From Lytechinus pictus (lineage: Eukaryota): a stretch of 64,000 nt of DNA. The notes under the pieces were generated by a model, which worked only from the letters and a program-made list of their open reading frames with translations, did no database searches and had not been told where the DNA came from. Both the position numbers and the translations under genes were made by a program. Positions 62,452-64,000 of the stretch are shown in pieces (the first letter of the stretch is position 1; each line of letters begins with the position of its first letter). The stretch covers positions 13,704,001 through 13,768,000 of the forward strand of contig NC_087250.1 in NCBI RefSeq assembly GCF_037042905.1. Reading direction: 5' to 3'.

Positions 62452-62926
62452 CAGTGTGTCCCACAAAAAAGGAAACCCGTTTTCAGATACAGACTTCACA
62501 GTTATTCAATATGTTTTCACTATAAATTTGACACTTGTGGAAAGAGTGGATTCTCTTCTCTAGTTTGAGACCTTGCAAATCTTTTCCGTGTGGGAGAATA
62601 CAAACGGTAAATATTGAGGCCTATCAGAAACTTGCATGTGAATCTGAATCCACTCTCATATTAGAGATCACTGACTTCATTTAAGAGATCACTGAACTTC
62701 ATATCAAACCAATCTTCTCAAATTTGTCTGTGCAACCTGATTTTGACATTGAAATTTCAAATTTGTCTTGCTCATATGTGCATGAAATTTCTGCCTCATA
62801 TTAGGTTTCGAAATAGAGAGCAATTACAAATAATTTTCTGAAGATGTAAATGAAATATACAGTAATTAATTTGCCTTTGAAGAAAAAAGATGTGAATTCT
62901 GGATTCCTTTTTTATGGGATACACTG
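62452..62926. mobile_element. Tc1/mariner-like MITE
   Basis: TA|CAGTGTGTCCCACAAAAAAGG ... CCTTTTTTATGGGATACACTG|TA. Confidence 0.8.
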
Positions 62927-64000
62927 TATAAGAATAAATGAATTATGATATTAATTGAGCTCCAGGTTTAAGTTGATAAGATCAGTAGCAATTCTTCTGA
63001 AAACTGGTTTTGTATGTACGATCGAGGATACCTTTAGTAGAGTTCTGCATGAGAATGAAAATTGATGACAATTTGTTAAAAATCAGTACTTGAAATTGGT
63101 ATGAGATGCAAATATAACAAAGATGAAATGTGAGCAACCTATATTATTTATCCTTAAATGTTCATCAATGTTTGTTCTTGAAAATCTTTGGTAGGTGAGG
63201 AAGTAGCTGGGTATATGTAATTTGATTTGTATATGACCCATTGATGAAAATAATTAATTTCTGTCAAGATTAGGGAGTCAATCATTCCTAGAATTAGACC
63301 ACTCCCTGCTGACTTAAGAGGATTTTTAAAAAATAATGTTACATCGGTGCTTGTCATGTATCTGAATCACATCTGACTGTAGTTTTTCCTCATGTGATCC
63401 TGTAAATGTTCAGTTTCTATGCCTGAGAGACAATACATGCTCAGCATTCAAATATATGTATTTTGAAGTAACGAGTACAGACTTAGTGAGAAACGTACCC
63501 TTGAATGTAAATCCTGTAACGAAAGTTATCATTATGCAAGTTTATTTGTAGAACTGATGAAACATTCCATTGCTCTAAACCTATTTTCATGATAAATCCA
63601 GTTCTAAAGATGTATCACGGAATAATTTTCCTGGTAGTACATCGCAATATGCTCCACTTTGTTAAAGACTGCTACAAAAAAGTCTTTAATGTACATTGTA
63701 GCAGAATATTTAGGAGGACTGTACAGAACACAATTGGGAGCTTGATCAATAAGATTATGCATTACATATCATATACGCGTCGGCATTTAAGTGCAACTCG
63801 AAGTCATACTTTACACTTTGTGAAACACCCCCCTGGTTTGGGTAGTATTAAAGTCCAGGGGAGTGTTTCACAAAAGTCAAATGTGTCTTAGAATCATGTT
63901 TGAACACCAGCACGCATGCATGATGTGGTATGTAACTCATAATCCATTGCTGACTACGCCGAAGTGCACGTCTCCTGAGCTTGATCTGACCATTGCGGTG

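Overview
This is AT-rich, intron-rich animal genomic DNA, not prokaryotic. An invertebrate deuterostome such as a sea urchin is my inference from the repeat landscape and protein divergence. Two spliced + strand genes can be rebuilt by hand with consistent GT-AG phases. The first is a MOB3-type MOB kinase activator: 6 coding exons at 10993-28683, 203 aa visible, first coding exon not found in the window. The second is a complete V-ATPase V1 subunit C gene: 11 coding exons at 48647-59989, 382 aa, with a probable non-coding first exon ending at 42195. The rest is mostly non-autonomous DNA transposons, often nested and with readable target-site duplications (Kolobok/T2-, hAT-, Academ-, Sola-, Harbinger-, Tc1/mariner- and piggyBac-like). 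There are also SINEs, an L2 LINE tail, a 110-bp satellite inside a hAT-like element, and microsatellites. The most unusual signals are: (a) local tandem duplications anchored on splice sites at five exon boundaries in both genes, producing decoy donor and acceptor arrays and one candidate mutually exclusive exon; (b) a short SINE-like element whose head matches the Alu domain of 7SL RNA; (c) LINE 3' ends that appear to seed or target (CAT)n microsatellites. Apart from ORFs overlapping these exons or the L2 fragment, the ORF-track entries look non-coding. Superfamily names and orthologue comparisons come from recalled knowledge, not from database searches.
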